A DNA stretch of 42,179 nucleotides from a virus. Lineage: Duplodnaviria; Caudoviricetes. Location of the stretch: the IMG/VR virus record IMGVR_UViG_3300048599_000794, positions 1-42,179 of that record; one strand, given 5' to 3'. Numbering within the stretch: the first letter of the stretch is position 1; every line of letters starts with the position of its first letter. The notes under the pieces are model-generated. The model was not told where the DNA came from. It worked only from the letters and a program-made list of their open reading frames with translations, and ran no database searches. Of the stretch, positions 10,001 to 18,532 are shown piece after piece. The translations under genes were made by a program, and so were the position numbers.

Positions 10001-11160
10001 CGCTGGGAGTTGAGCTCCCGCTGCTTGCGCGTGAGGTACATGTCCAGGGGGATGGAGATGGTCTTGCCCGTGCCGGTCAGGATGAACCCGCCCAGCGCCC
10101 CGGCCGCGCCCGCGTGGAGCGCGTTGGCGTGGAACTCCGGGAGGCGGCGGGCCAGTTCCGCGCGGAATTCGTCGGGCGTCAGGTCCGGGTTCAGAGCCCA
10201 GAGCGTGGCCACGTCGTCGGGGTACTGCTGGGCGTACTCGGTGAGCCCTTCGCCCAGGGCGGCCTGGGCCAAATGGGTGACGGTCTTGGAAAACCCGCCC
10301 CGGCCCATGATGGCCTTGAGCTGAACCAGGTCGCTGACGAGCTCAAGCGGGGTTTGGACGATGGCGTTGAACCGCGAGGCCTGGACGTTGCGTGAAAACG
10401 GGACGCCCTGCTCTTCCAGTTCCTGGAACTTCTGCCCGAACATGCTGTTGAACATGCTCAGGGCTCCGAGCCCGGGGGCGGCGGCCGTGGCGGACATGTC
10501 CGGCAGCGACCCGGCCACGCCGCGCACCGCGTCCTCGATGAGCCCGGAGGAGGAGCCTTTGTACTCCGGGTTCATCTGGAACGACGGGTTGCGCTCCACG
10601 CTGCGCCAGGAACCCAGGATGTCCTCCTTGGCCCGGCGCGAGTATTCGATCTTGGCTTGCCGCCTGGATTCCCCCGGGGAGAGCCCGCTCTGCTCCAGCT
10701 CCATGGACCGGGCGTCCACGGCCACGCGCTCCGCCGGGAACATGAACAAATCCGGGGCGTCGGCGAACCGCGCGTGGTGCGCATCGTCCAGGTTGGCTTC
10801 GAGGTTCGCCCGCACGCCGGTGGCGGCCCGGGAGGGCCAGGTCTTGATTTCGCCCCAGGCGGCCCCGAACAGGCGGCCCATGGTGAGTTCCGGACGGGCG
10901 GGGTCCGGCTGGTCCTGGGGCTGCTCCGGGCGCGGCCCGGCCTCCCCGGCCAGGGTCCAGGCGTCGCGCATCGCCTCCGGATCGGAGGGAGATTCGGCAT
11001 CGGTCTGGGCCGGAGCTGCCGGGGCTGGAGGAGCCGCCGCAGCCGCCGTGGGCTGGGCCTGGGGTGCGGCCCCGGTGTTGCTGGGAGGGGCGTCAATTTC
11101 CTCTACGACATCCCACGCTCCGGCCGGTTCTTCCGCAACGACTTCCCAGGGATTGTTCAT
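4009..11160 (-). CDS. large polyvalent internal virion (ejection) protein, 2383 aa
   Basis: T7 gp16-equivalent position; HEQIGHHG and HETGH peptidase-like motifs, GGGILHIIARR BECR-like segment, FHGSPH...GTGEGAQAYGWGMYF segment. Confidence 0.8.
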   Translation of the reverse strand: MNNPWEVVAEEPAGAWDVVEEIDAPPSNTGAAPQAQPTAAAAAPPAPAAPAQTDAESPSDPEAMRDAWTLAGEAGPRPEQPQDQPDPARPELTMGRLFGAAWGEIKTWPSRAATGVRANLEANLDDAHHARFADAPDLFMFPAERVAVDARSMELEQSGLSPGESRRQAKIEYSRRAKEDILGSWRSVERNPSFQMNPEYKGSSSGLIEDAVRGVAGSLPDMSATAAAPGLGALSMFNSMFGQKFQELEEQGVPFSRNVQASRFNAIVQTPLELVSDLVQLKAIMGRGGFSKTVTHLAQAALGEGLTEYAQQYPDDVATLWALNPDLTPDEFRAELARRLPEFHANALHAGAAGALGGFILTGTGKTISIPLDMYLTRKQRELNSQRQASAGEAEYRAGAEEDPMRAQEAQAAEESPASERVVDRLADQAEAEEAAPGRGPGMTREEVAGTLAARFGEEKAADLMKMLDARAESWAETERRPPEEWYTTYYSRIETAPEQAAATRAGTGESGARPAEAPQEASRARAMEPAELEAAVARLSEGAPNALPVRVLPSIEAAEPHIRVEARARGSQPQAAWDESSGSVVLFADRIASPEEAARLWLHEQIGHHGVREVLGERLNPFLDEVYGHFDAEHWAGVADAYKLDLENPEHRRIAAEEYLAHLAEKIDAGQHLTPDERTVWERFVDLVRQWMRERGVETKFSTLTDADIARTLKDAGRMVMGEREPGSAQAPLYSGSRSIPTTPEENAARGLEALDHVISNKADALDAMFRPEVGFISFYWGEPGKGKNLKGGGGILHIIARRDAQGERGQDVARKMVEVLAHGEFGQVYGEGTRVNVSHDGHTAVLSLYRFGGRETWLLSGWKDFASDAHGGGDGPSKATHAEPMRTRPGAGAEATSKENITPLGADGNPLFQSAFHGSPHRGIEKTGFSTKYIGTGEGAQAYGWGMYFAKSKDVAEWYMEKLENNYVRLTMKDGRIDVAMRTTTDGSDAGAFLSKHRGDFEAAIADAKRLGEPAEVNKLEYWRDNSAKVEPVGKKGQLYEVELPDDANLMLWDKPWSEQPGHVKAVLDAALQSVSGYDGTHFNDEMMSLKVALERREGGRDEVLTGREVYKRIGEAFNKGTGNDQAASEYLRSLGIMGHKYLDGTSRGMGEGSHNFVIYDDNAVQIAQTYYQRKAREEPKGSIHFLDDGRAVLRLFRTADVTTVIHETGHMLRRQLMEPDRAAVEAWAGVADGRWTRAAEEKFATAFERYVYEGQAPTSRLRMVFSKIKRWMMDVYRSVRDLPGARLPKEIRDVFDRMMTTEQERMEEAARWKAVNPFRVESPFAPELEPHAEENPLAGVTDASLRYWEDVQAEAERRADTVIAERRAKEQRAMEREAMRTWKEEAREYVDSIPAHQHMADIVSRGGLNKRLLEEDWGPETIHALMRKRPGLVTNEGPVGADVYAMDHGYAGADEMINHFLDVDTKRELMRAFVNGRANEAEALAALPEDFAAGYFERLEEESKILARLTRIPTQRAERAQVREIVGSMTLDSIQKRHRYLFNELERARRSVADAFNAGDHEGAQQALEAQRRTALELKAIMEGMREVGQIQASVKTLLRRKTEEAHDLQLRALLHRFLLAPDPGQAAMPLDSFWLSKGYKELIPDSWDNVRHLDRINPAQATLNDYRALHLVARQIWYQGRNEKMLIAGAEKLDFDRTITEIGRSIVIHNGVIPSPDAPYTPTLRENPLQKLTSGLSAFHYEMLKPEEICRSMDGDQDFGAAWTHVYRPIKEAEKAQAALMERLHQELAEAFAPFADRWSEWQKKREMVQLPGEQLPRPFTREQQIMIALNSGNEGNRKALREGWGFTTTQDVKGRPNDAEGNAKIDAIVARLTPEEMDLVEKVWTIIDSIYPLLNAEHKTVTGTELKKVEGRYFPLHFDPEQSDKAAYQQYLEDSKGLIQNVYFRPSPAKGMTMERKGGKLAPLLRFDVIFKHVRDTSHLATHWAAVRDVYKIVNDSRFKDLVKSTLGRNAWNQITPWLQHVARPMEEPMGQFERALRAVRRNTVVAALGLNLNTVAGQPGAMLQTASVIGTRATMEGVKSFVADPHAAIQFVDQRSLAMKYRADSFDRDAGNLMGAHDIMAGPVAKTREGLLWPMKFMDAMTAYPAWLGAYQKAMEAHHWDEAKAIEYADMVVRRTMGSGSAADLAAIQRGAETKKLVTMFYSYFNTTYNLLSASARRFMREGGALSPEAWGNAIKAFTWIVVGQAFYNEAVGSLFKSKEEEPKDWILAVPQFLLATVPIARDVAGPILTGYGYRMSPISQALETPAQLWHSASSDKRPRPGQHPTLKHSIDAVAFGTGLIPSRASFTFVTGLMDLMNGQAENPARLIIPRKERSRR

Positions 11161-12990
11161 TTAATTGACCCTCGTCGGCTTGCCCTGCTGGTCCAGGGTC
11201 CAGACCTGGCCGTTCGCAAAGCGGGTGTGCTTCCCGGCCGCCAGCGCCGATTTGGGAGGGGTATCACCTCCGGGCACGGTGAGCCCGCTCGGCGAGGCCG
11301 GGGTTTTGGGCTGGTCCGCGCCGGGCACGGACAGGGGGCTTTGTGCCGGGGCCACGGGCCGGGCCGGGGGCGGCGCGGGCTGCTGGCCGCCTCCCTGGGG
11401 AGCGTTCGCGTTGGCCCAGGGCTGTTGCTGGAACGCGGCCACGAGGTTCTTGCGGCTGCCCAGCGCGTTCTTGCTGGTGTCCGAACCGAACAGGCTTTGC
11501 CACATGGTGGGCTCGGCCTTCATTAGTTCGTCCGCCTTGGATAGAATCTGTGGTCCGCTCAACTTTTCTTTGCGAACATAGTAATCCAACGTGGCAATGA
11601 AATCCTGCTTGCGCAATTCCATTTCCGGATCGTTCTGCTGCTTTGCCAACGCATCATACTTATCAATTGACTGCTGGAAGAAATTTATACCGGCTCCCGT
11701 TCCACCGGTCTGCCTAACATGCGTCAACGTCTCCTCAAGATTCTTGTATGTTTCAGCGGATATTCCATTTCCCATCTTCGGAAGCATATCCTTGGCGTCC
11801 GAGATGCGCCCGGAGTAGATGTCCCTGATGAGCTCGGCCTGCACCGAGGGATCGGTGGCCCAGACCTCCTTCTTCAACGCGTTGAGCGCCTCGTACCTCT
11901 TGCTGGGATCAGCCATGGGCGTGCGGGCGAGGTAGGCCACGGCCCCGGCCTTGTCCCCCTTGATGGCCAGGTCGTACGCTTCACCGAGCACCTTCCGGTC
12001 GTTCTCCGCCCGGGACTTGTCGCGCATCTCCAGGTCCTGGGCGTACTGGCCGTGGAGCATGTCCGCGATGTGCTTGGCATCGTCCACGTGCAGGCCCATG
12101 GACGCGATGTAGGCGGGGTCGGCCAGTTTCGAGAGCGCCCGGGCGTAGTTCACGCCGCCCGCGCCGCCGTGCTCGCCAACCACCTTGGCGTAGGCCGTGT
12201 CGATTCTGCGGGCCTTGGCCAGCTGCTCCATCTGCTGCGCCAGGGGGATCGCGGCTGGCCCGAGCTTGTCGCGCTGGGATTCGAGCATGGCCATGGCCGC
12301 GTCCGGATTGAGCTGGGCCGCACGCTTGATGGCCTCGGCGCGCAGCTTGGCTTCCCCTTCGGCCAGGAGGGCTCCGTTGTCCTGGCCGTGGAGCAGCGCC
12401 CCCACCGCGCCCCGGTAGTTGGCGATGGCCGTCTCCCGGCGCGCCTCGTCCAGGGGGAACAGGGCCACGTCCGCCGCCGCGTTGGCGTATGCGGTGTCCA
12501 CGCCCTGCCGGTTCAGGGCCAGGTTCTGGCCCGCCACGTGCTTGTTCAGCGCGTCCAGGCCGGTGTCCCGGGCGCGCAGCGCCATGGTCAGGAAGGCGTT
12601 CTTCTGGAGCGGGTTCTGGAACTGCTCGGCGCTGGTGCGGATGGCCTCGTCGTACCACGACTTGCCGCGCTCATCGGCCCCGCGCGCATCGAGTCCGAGC
12701 TTCTGGGCCTCCTGGCCGAGCATGCCGCGCTCCTGGTCCTGGAAACCGGAGAAGGCCCGCACCACGTCGGCCGCGTCCTGCTTCTCCTGGAGGTAGTCCG
12801 CGCGTGCGAGAGCGTGCTCCCCGGCGTCCTGGACCGAGGCCCCGGTTTTTTCCGCGATGCGGGCGGCCAGGTCCAGGCCGGAATAGTCGATCTGCTGGCG
12901 GGGAGCGCCCAGGGCCTGGGGCGTCTGGACGCGGTCCGGGGCGTTCTGCCCCGTGGCCTGGGAATAGGTGGGAACGCGCAGCGTGGCCAT
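11161..12990 (-). CDS. internal virion protein (gp15 position)
   Basis: 609-aa helical Ala/Gln-rich protein in the middle of the ejection-protein trio. Confidence 0.7.
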   Translation of the reverse strand: MATLRVPTYSQATGQNAPDRVQTPQALGAPRQQIDYSGLDLAARIAEKTGASVQDAGEHALARADYLQEKQDAADVVRAFSGFQDQERGMLGQEAQKLGLDARGADERGKSWYDEAIRTSAEQFQNPLQKNAFLTMALRARDTGLDALNKHVAGQNLALNRQGVDTAYANAAADVALFPLDEARRETAIANYRGAVGALLHGQDNGALLAEGEAKLRAEAIKRAAQLNPDAAMAMLESQRDKLGPAAIPLAQQMEQLAKARRIDTAYAKVVGEHGGAGGVNYARALSKLADPAYIASMGLHVDDAKHIADMLHGQYAQDLEMRDKSRAENDRKVLGEAYDLAIKGDKAGAVAYLARTPMADPSKRYEALNALKKEVWATDPSVQAELIRDIYSGRISDAKDMLPKMGNGISAETYKNLEETLTHVRQTGGTGAGINFFQQSIDKYDALAKQQNDPEMELRKQDFIATLDYYVRKEKLSGPQILSKADELMKAEPTMWQSLFGSDTSKNALGSRKNLVAAFQQQPWANANAPQGGGQQPAPPPARPVAPAQSPLSVPGADQPKTPASPSGLTVPGGDTPPKSALAAGKHTRFANGQVWTLDQQGKPTRVN

Positions 12991-12993
12991 GGT

Positions 12994-13656
12994 CTACACC
13001 CCCAGGGAGAGTCCGGATTTGCGGCCCCAGACGCGCCCGGCCGTGGCCAGCAGCGTCCCGGCGGGCTGGAGCAGGGAACTTCCGCCCACCTGGTCCGCCT
13101 GGTACGTCTTGTAGGCAGCGGAATCGCGGTCCTGCTGGGCCTGGGTGCGGGCGCGCCAGGCGGCCAGGTCCCCGCCGTACCGCAGGATGTCCTCGTCATA
13201 CGCGCCCTTGGCCACGGTGGAGGTGAGCAGGCTCAGCGGAGAGCCGTCCCCGGTGTCCAGAGCAACGGCGGAATCCGCGAGCAACGAGCGCTGCTGGCCC
13301 TTGAGCGCGCCGACTTCCAGCCGGTGCTGTTTCACCTCCAGGTCGGTCTTGGCCTCCTGGTACTTGGCTTCCTGATCGGACTGGGCCGCGTTGTTCGCCT
13401 GCTGCTGGGCGGCGAGGCGCAGCGCCTGCTCCTGGGACTGGGACTGCCGGAGTTGGGAATCGGCCTGCATGATCCCGCTGCCGATGGTGGCGATGGTGCC
13501 CAGGGTGGAGAGGGAGGGGAGCGCGGAACCAAACTGGCCGAGCTGGGTGAAGAATCCACCGCCGTAGTCGCCCATGCCCACGATGTTGCCCACGGCCATT
13601 TCGGCCCCGGCGGACTCGGAGAAGTAGCTCACGGCCGGGATGATGACGCTTTCCAT
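12994..13656 (-). CDS. internal virion protein (gp14-like)
   Basis: Hydrophobic Gly-rich N-terminus, Gln/Ala coiled coil, DTGDGSPL motif, follows GNAT gene. Confidence 0.7.
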   Translation of the reverse strand: MESVIIPAVSYFSESAGAEMAVGNIVGMGDYGGGFFTQLGQFGSALPSLSTLGTIATIGSGIMQADSQLRQSQSQEQALRLAAQQQANNAAQSDQEAKYQEAKTDLEVKQHRLEVGALKGQQRSLLADSAVALDTGDGSPLSLLTSTVAKGAYDEDILRYGGDLAAWRARTQAQQDRDSAAYKTYQADQVGGSSLLQPAGTLLATAGRVWGRKSGLSLGV

Positions 13657-14081
13657 CAGAAGATCCTCGCCAGGCGCACGGCGTCACGGCCGTCCGGTGT
13701 GAATTTGCGGCAATACCCCTCGCGCTCGAACCCGAGCAGGCGGGCGAAGCGCAGCGCCTCCTTGTCCGTGGCGCGCACGTGAATCTGGATGCGGACCAGC
13801 CCGAGGCTTTTGCGCAGCATTTCCATCCAACTGCGGCACTCGCGCACCAGGGACAGGCCATGCCCGGCGGCCTCCGGGTTCGGAGCAAGCCAGGCCTCGG
13901 CCACGCCGGGCCAGGCCAGGACCAGCCCGCCCACGGCCAGGGTCTCGCCCTCCCGGGTCATGAGCGCATAGGCCGGGCCGCGCCCGAGGTTGGCCCGGGC
14001 CAGCTCCAGGCACACGCCCGGCCGCACGGCCATGCCGTCCATGTGCTCCGGGAGCAGGGGGTAGACGAGCGGCCTGCTCAT
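13656..14081 (-). CDS. GNAT-family acetyltransferase (T7 gp13 position)
   Basis: GVAEAW, RIQIHVRATDKEALRFARLLGFEREG; start MSRPLV overlaps the tail tube B stop (ATGA). Confidence 0.8.
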   Translation of the reverse strand: MSRPLVYPLLPEHMDGMAVRPGVCLELARANLGRGPAYALMTREGETLAVGGLVLAWPGVAEAWLAPNPEAAGHGLSLVRECRSWMEMLRKSLGLVRIQIHVRATDKEALRFARLLGFEREGYCRKFTPDGRDAVRLARIF

Positions 14082-15970
14082 TTGGACCCCGTGACGAGTT
14101 CGGGCACAAGGGCCAGGATGTTCACGGGCAGGGGCTGGGTGCGGCGGATGACGATCTGAGTGTCCCGCTCCCAACTGCCCAGGATGTTGAGGTCCTTGTA
14201 CCCGTCGAAGAGCCCCACGGGGTTGGCCGGGTCAGAGGGAACGAGCTGCTGGGGGCTCAGGTTTGCGGTTTTCCGGCCCACCTGGATTTCCCCGCCCGAG
14301 CGCCGGAACAGGGCCTTGACCCCGGCCACCTTCTTCATCCGTCCCTGGCTCGTGCCGTCGGGCGCTCCGCCGTCCAGCCGCAGGCTCACGAACTCCCCGA
14401 CGTAGGGCAGGCCCACGTGGACCACGGACGCAGCCCGGTCCAGGTTGATGGACCCGCCGGTCACGACCTTGGGATTCTGCACGTAGCCGTCGGCCAGCAC
14501 GTGCACGGTGAGGCCCTCCAGATGGTCCAGGCCCGAGACCGTGCCCACAGCCGCGCCGGAGTAGCTGAGGCCCGAGTCCAGGAGGAAGGCGTTCGTGCGC
14601 GAATCCTCCTTGAATTCCGGGTCCAGGCGCTCCACGTAGCGCCTCCAGGTGCCGTCGACGTTGCGCCGGACCACGGCCCAGAGCTCGTCCTCGCGGTCTC
14701 CGGGGATGGCGGCCACGGCTTCGAATGCGCCCTGGGTATCGTGGCGGTGCCAGGCGACCACCTGATGCTCGCGCATGTAGGTCATGCCGAGCAGCACGCC
14801 GTCCGAGCGCACGGCCCAGACGATGGAGCGCGGGCTTTGCTGGTAGCACCAGCACACGATGCCCGAGGACTCCAGAAGGTGGTCCGCCAGGGCGGTCAGG
14901 TCCGCCGCCTCGAATCCGTCGGAGGAGAGCGCGTAGGCCAGCTCAAGAACGGCCCGGCCCTGGCGCTGGACGAAGAGCAGCGTGGAGCCCACGGTCAGCG
15001 GGGGCAGATGCTCGGACCCCTTGTTGGTCTGGGGGTCGCAATCCGGGATGGGCGCGTTGGAGGCGTCCAGGTTGATGCGCCACTCATCGCTCACCGTGCC
15101 CACGAGCAGGTTGCGCAGCGGGACCATCCACAGGATGGAGTCCATGGTGTTGCTGGCCAGCTCAACCACCGAGGCGTCGTCGGCCAGGGGGTCACCGGGC
15201 ACGCCGTCCACCAACTCGGCAGTGTTGGTGTTGAAGTTGAAATAGTCCGCGCTGCGGCTCATGGCGATCTTCTCCGGAGCGCCGGGTGAGGAGGCCATGC
15301 ACAGGCGCTGCTTGTAGAAGCAGCCGCAGGAGGGGTGCCCGCTGACCCAGTCCGGGGCGTTGGTGATGGACAGGTCCGTGAGGGTCCACGCGGTGTGCGA
15401 GGAGCGGGCCAGCTTGGCAGGGGCGTGGGCCGGGTGGAACAGGAACAGGGTGTCGGCCTGCTGGCAGAAGCGCAGGGCGGAAATTTCGGCGGCGGTGTAC
15501 GTGGTGGCCACCTCCACCGGCACGCCGCTGGTGACCGTGGTGTCCACCTGGCCGCCGTCCTTGTACACGCGCAGGTATTTGTGCCCGAATTCCAGGATGT
15601 AAGATTGGGCCTTCGAGAACTGGAACGGCAGGAGCCAGACCGCGTTGCGGGCCCACTTCGTGTCGTCGGTCCCGGGCGTGACGCCCGTGGAGGAGGCCAG
15701 GGCCACCCAGAGATCGAGCGCGCCGTCCACGATGAAGAGCGCCCAGGCGTCCGCCAAATAGGCCGTGGCAGCGTCCCAGGCGGCCGCTGTGCGCGTTTTC
15801 GACTCGGCGATGAATCGCAGGCCGGGACGGTCGAAAAATCCTCCCTGGGGCCGAATGATGCCGTTCCTCGCCGTCTCCAGCGCCACGCGGTACTGGTCCA
15901 GGTCCACCCGCGCGCCGACCTCCGGGGAGACCTCGCCCCGGGCAAAGCTGGATTGGATAAGAAACGCCAT
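14078..15970 (-). CDS. tail tubular protein B / nozzle
   Basis: QSSFARGEVSP...RVDL, RPGLRFI, LLPFQFS..QSYILEFG, AWHRHDT. Confidence 0.9.
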   Translation of the reverse strand: MAFLIQSSFARGEVSPEVGARVDLDQYRVALETARNGIIRPQGGFFDRPGLRFIAESKTRTAAAWDAATAYLADAWALFIVDGALDLWVALASSTGVTPGTDDTKWARNAVWLLPFQFSKAQSYILEFGHKYLRVYKDGGQVDTTVTSGVPVEVATTYTAAEISALRFCQQADTLFLFHPAHAPAKLARSSHTAWTLTDLSITNAPDWVSGHPSCGCFYKQRLCMASSPGAPEKIAMSRSADYFNFNTNTAELVDGVPGDPLADDASVVELASNTMDSILWMVPLRNLLVGTVSDEWRINLDASNAPIPDCDPQTNKGSEHLPPLTVGSTLLFVQRQGRAVLELAYALSSDGFEAADLTALADHLLESSGIVCWCYQQSPRSIVWAVRSDGVLLGMTYMREHQVVAWHRHDTQGAFEAVAAIPGDREDELWAVVRRNVDGTWRRYVERLDPEFKEDSRTNAFLLDSGLSYSGAAVGTVSGLDHLEGLTVHVLADGYVQNPKVVTGGSINLDRAASVVHVGLPYVGEFVSLRLDGGAPDGTSQGRMKKVAGVKALFRRSGGEIQVGRKTANLSPQQLVPSDPANPVGLFDGYKDLNILGSWERDTQIVIRRTQPLPVNILALVPELVTGSK

Positions 15971-16563
15971 CAGCCAAGCCTCGTGGTGATGGGATCAGTT
16001 CCGAACCCGCTGGCCGAGAGCCAGGTGTCGTCGTGGTCCGGGTCCGCCTGGCCTTCGGAGCTGTCCGCGATCCAGGCCTGATGCACCTTGTTCTGGTAGA
16101 TGGTGAAGAATGCCTGCTGCTTGGTGGTGCTGGTGGTCAGGGGCTCGCACATGTCGGCGGCCAGCCGGGCGGCCAGGCAATCGGCGAACGAGGCATCGAA
16201 CCGCGACGGGTCAGTGATGAGCTGGGTATAACAGCCAATGGCATCGTCCGCGTTGGTGTAGATGCGGTTGCCAACCACGGAGAACACGGTGGTTTTGTCC
16301 GCCACCCAGTTCATCTTCACGCAATCCGTGGGCAGGTGGTAGGAGAAGGCGAAGGTCATGGGCGGGGGTGTGGTGTCCTTGACCAGGGCCACCCACGTCT
16401 GGGCGAAGTTCCAGGGGAACTCCCGGAGCACGGACATCACGGCCTCGTCGTACATGGCCGCGCAGCAAATGGCCTGCGGGGTGCCCTCGGTCAGGCTGTT
16501 GATGGGGTCCTTGCCCAGCCGGAGCAGGGCTAGATTGCAGATGCTCACCACGCTGCGGGCCAT
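15970..16563 (-). CDS. tail tubular protein A / adaptor
   Basis: SICNLALLRLG..PINSL, FPWNFA, YHLPTDC, FADCLAARLA. Confidence 0.9.
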   Translation of the reverse strand: MARSVVSICNLALLRLGKDPINSLTEGTPQAICCAAMYDEAVMSVLREFPWNFAQTWVALVKDTTPPPMTFAFSYHLPTDCVKMNWVADKTTVFSVVGNRIYTNADDAIGCYTQLITDPSRFDASFADCLAARLAADMCEPLTTSTTKQQAFFTIYQNKVHQAWIADSSEGQADPDHDDTWLSASGFGTDPITTRLG

Positions 16564-16577
16564 GGTCCGCCTCCTGG

Positions 16578-16607
16578 AAAAGGCCCCGGGAGTCTCCCCC
16601 CGGGGCC
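16578..16607 (-). terminator. intrinsic terminator after the capsid gene cluster
   Basis: GGCCCCGGG/CCCGGGGCC stem, GAGA loop on the minus strand, followed by TTTT; position analogous to T7 T-phi. Confidence 0.65.
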
Positions 16608-16614
16608 GCTTGGG

Positions 16615-16995
16615 TTACTTGCCGTCGCCGTCCTGGGCCGGGGCGGGCGCGGGGGCCGCGTCCTTGGCCTTGGCCTTGGGCTTGGGGCTCTCGGCCTGGG
16701 CCGGGGTGTCGTTTCCGGGGAGCTTGGGCGGGTTGGATTCGGCCTGGGCTATGGCGTGTGCCAGTTGCTCCAGGGTCCATTCTTCTCCCACCGCGACATC
16801 CAGGACTTTGGCCTTTGCCAGCAGGGAGGCGCGCTGCTCCTGCAGGGCATTCACCGAGGCGGTGCCCATGGTTGGCTCCTCGATGAGTTTGAAGTGATGC
16901 GGGGGATTGTCCTTCGGTTCCAAAGGATACTTCACGTCCGCATCATAGATGCTGCCCCGCCACTCGCATTTGCGCAGACAGAGGTAATCAGCCAT
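16615..16995 (-). CDS. hypothetical head-associated protein
   Basis: 126 aa between cement and tail tube A, AGGA RBS, Pro/Lys/Ala-rich tail. Confidence 0.7.
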   Translation of the reverse strand: MADYLCLRKCEWRGSIYDADVKYPLEPKDNPPHHFKLIEEPTMGTASVNALQEQRASLLAKAKVLDVAVGEEWTLEQLAHAIAQAESNPPKLPGNDTPAQAESPKPKAKAKDAAPAPAPAQDGDGK

Positions 16996-17045
16996 GGCGA
17001 TTTCCTTTCTAGATTGGGAATGAGGGCTCCCGTACAGCTATTTGG

Positions 17046-17453
17046 TTAGATGAAGTTTCCTTCCACATCCGAGGCCAGGACGGCCGAGAGCTTCCCGGCG
17101 GTCATGGGTCCGGTGGCCACGGTGTAATAGAGGCGCAGGTAGCGCTTGACCCCATGGGGCAGGGCCAGAATGATCGGGGTGCGCCCGGCGGTGAGCGCGG
17201 TTTTGGCGTAGGCCTGGGTGGTCATGAGGGTCACGGCCGTGCCAAAGGCCGAATCGTCGTCGGTTTGCACCCCGATGGACAGGGTGGCCGAACCATCGGC
17301 GGTGAAGCTCTGGTCCACGTTGACGAACAGATAAATGGGGTCGCCCACGTCCAGTTTGCGGCTGTTCGGCCCCATATCCACCGAATTGGAGGACGCACCC
17401 GAGGCGGTCACGGCCTGGGCATCGGAAAGCATGAGTTGGGAATCGACGTACAT
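17046..17453 (-). CDS. capsid cement/decoration protein (Bbp16-like)
   Basis: MYVDSQLMLSDAQAVTAS...RYLRLYYTVATGPMTAGK; GAGGAGG RBS; directly after major capsid gene. Confidence 0.85.
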   Translation of the reverse strand: MYVDSQLMLSDAQAVTASGASSNSVDMGPNSRKLDVGDPIYLFVNVDQSFTADGSATLSIGVQTDDDSAFGTAVTLMTTQAYAKTALTAGRTPIILALPHGVKRYLRLYYTVATGPMTAGKLSAVLASDVEGNFI

Positions 17454-17521
17454 GGTTCCTCCTCGCGCCCATCGGGGCGCATTTCCGGGCTGGGATTGTC
17501 CCCGGCCCGGAGGGTTGCGCG

Positions 17522-18502
17522 TTAGCTCACCGGGCCTTCGGTATCCAGGATGGTGTCGCAGCGGCGCACCGGGATTTCCAGGAAGCTGGTCACCGGCTTT
17601 CCGCCCACGTTGTCCAGGGTCAGGTACACGTTCTCCTCGTCCCGGACCTGCTTGTGCAGGTAGGTGGCGATGGTCCGGTTGCAGTACCAGGCGGCGCGGC
17701 CCATCTTGATGTTGGGAATCTTGTGGTAGGCCGTGACCATGTTGTCGATGAGGTCCGCCGCGCTGGCTCCGGTCAGGTCGGACACGTCCACGTTGGCGAT
17801 GCGCACGGCGTAACGCCAGTCGCGCAACGTGAGCCCGGCCTTCCACTGGTAGTGGGAGCGGTAGCCCTGGTACTTGCCACGGTTGGCATCTTCCAGGGTG
17901 ACTTCGCCCAAGTTGGTGTGATTGAGACCCTGGGTGGTCCCCTTGGGGAAAAGCATGTGACAGGTGGATTCGTCCCAGACCACCAGCCAGATGCTGGTGT
18001 TGTCGTTGCCCGAGCCACCGGCCTTGATGATGTTGGTCCCGTTCTCGGCCGTGCTGTCGGAGTAGCGGGCGGACAGGCCCAGGAACTTCTCCGGGGTCAG
18101 GCGGGTGTCGCCGTAGAAGATGGTCTGGGCCATCTCCTGGTTCATGGCCTCCAGGAAAGCCGCGTCCTCGGAAGCACGGAATTCGGCGGTGCGTCCGTTC
18201 AGGTCCGCCAACTCCTTGTCGACTTCCGAGTATCCTTCGAGGATTCCGCAGGTGTCGGTGACCTGCACAGAGGTGCTTTTGGAGGGTTGCACGCCGTAGT
18301 TGAGCAGCCGCCAGGCCACCGAGGGCAGGCCGGAGCGGATGGTGGTGCGGTGGCCGGTGGGCAGGTTGCCCTCCACGAAAATGGCATCATCCAGGATCTC
18401 GTTGGTCTTGTTCAGGACCTCCACGATCTTGGCGATCTTTCCGTCCGGGTCTTTGCGACGAGCCCAATCCAAAAGCGTGGTGGGTCCGGTCAGGGTGGAC
18501 AT
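17522..18502 (-). CDS. major capsid protein (BPP-1-like HK97 fold)
   Basis: IVEVLNKTNEILDD, GHRTTIRSGLP, TSIWLVVW, LRDWRYAVRIANVD. Confidence 0.93.
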   Translation of the reverse strand: MSTLTGPTTLLDWARRKDPDGKIAKIVEVLNKTNEILDDAIFVEGNLPTGHRTTIRSGLPSVAWRLLNYGVQPSKSTSVQVTDTCGILEGYSEVDKELADLNGRTAEFRASEDAAFLEAMNQEMAQTIFYGDTRLTPEKFLGLSARYSDSTAENGTNIIKAGGSGNDNTSIWLVVWDESTCHMLFPKGTTQGLNHTNLGEVTLEDANRGKYQGYRSHYQWKAGLTLRDWRYAVRIANVDVSDLTGASAADLIDNMVTAYHKIPNIKMGRAAWYCNRTIATYLHKQVRDEENVYLTLDNVGGKPVTSFLEIPVRRCDTILDTEGPVS

Positions 18503-18532
18503 ATCGTTTCCTCCAGATTTAATTGTGTTTTG

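Noticed and set aside
8164-13782. Long plus-strand ORFs (743 aa, 687 aa and similar elsewhere)
   Set aside because: Antisense shadows of GC-rich minus-strand genes, with no motifs or RBS
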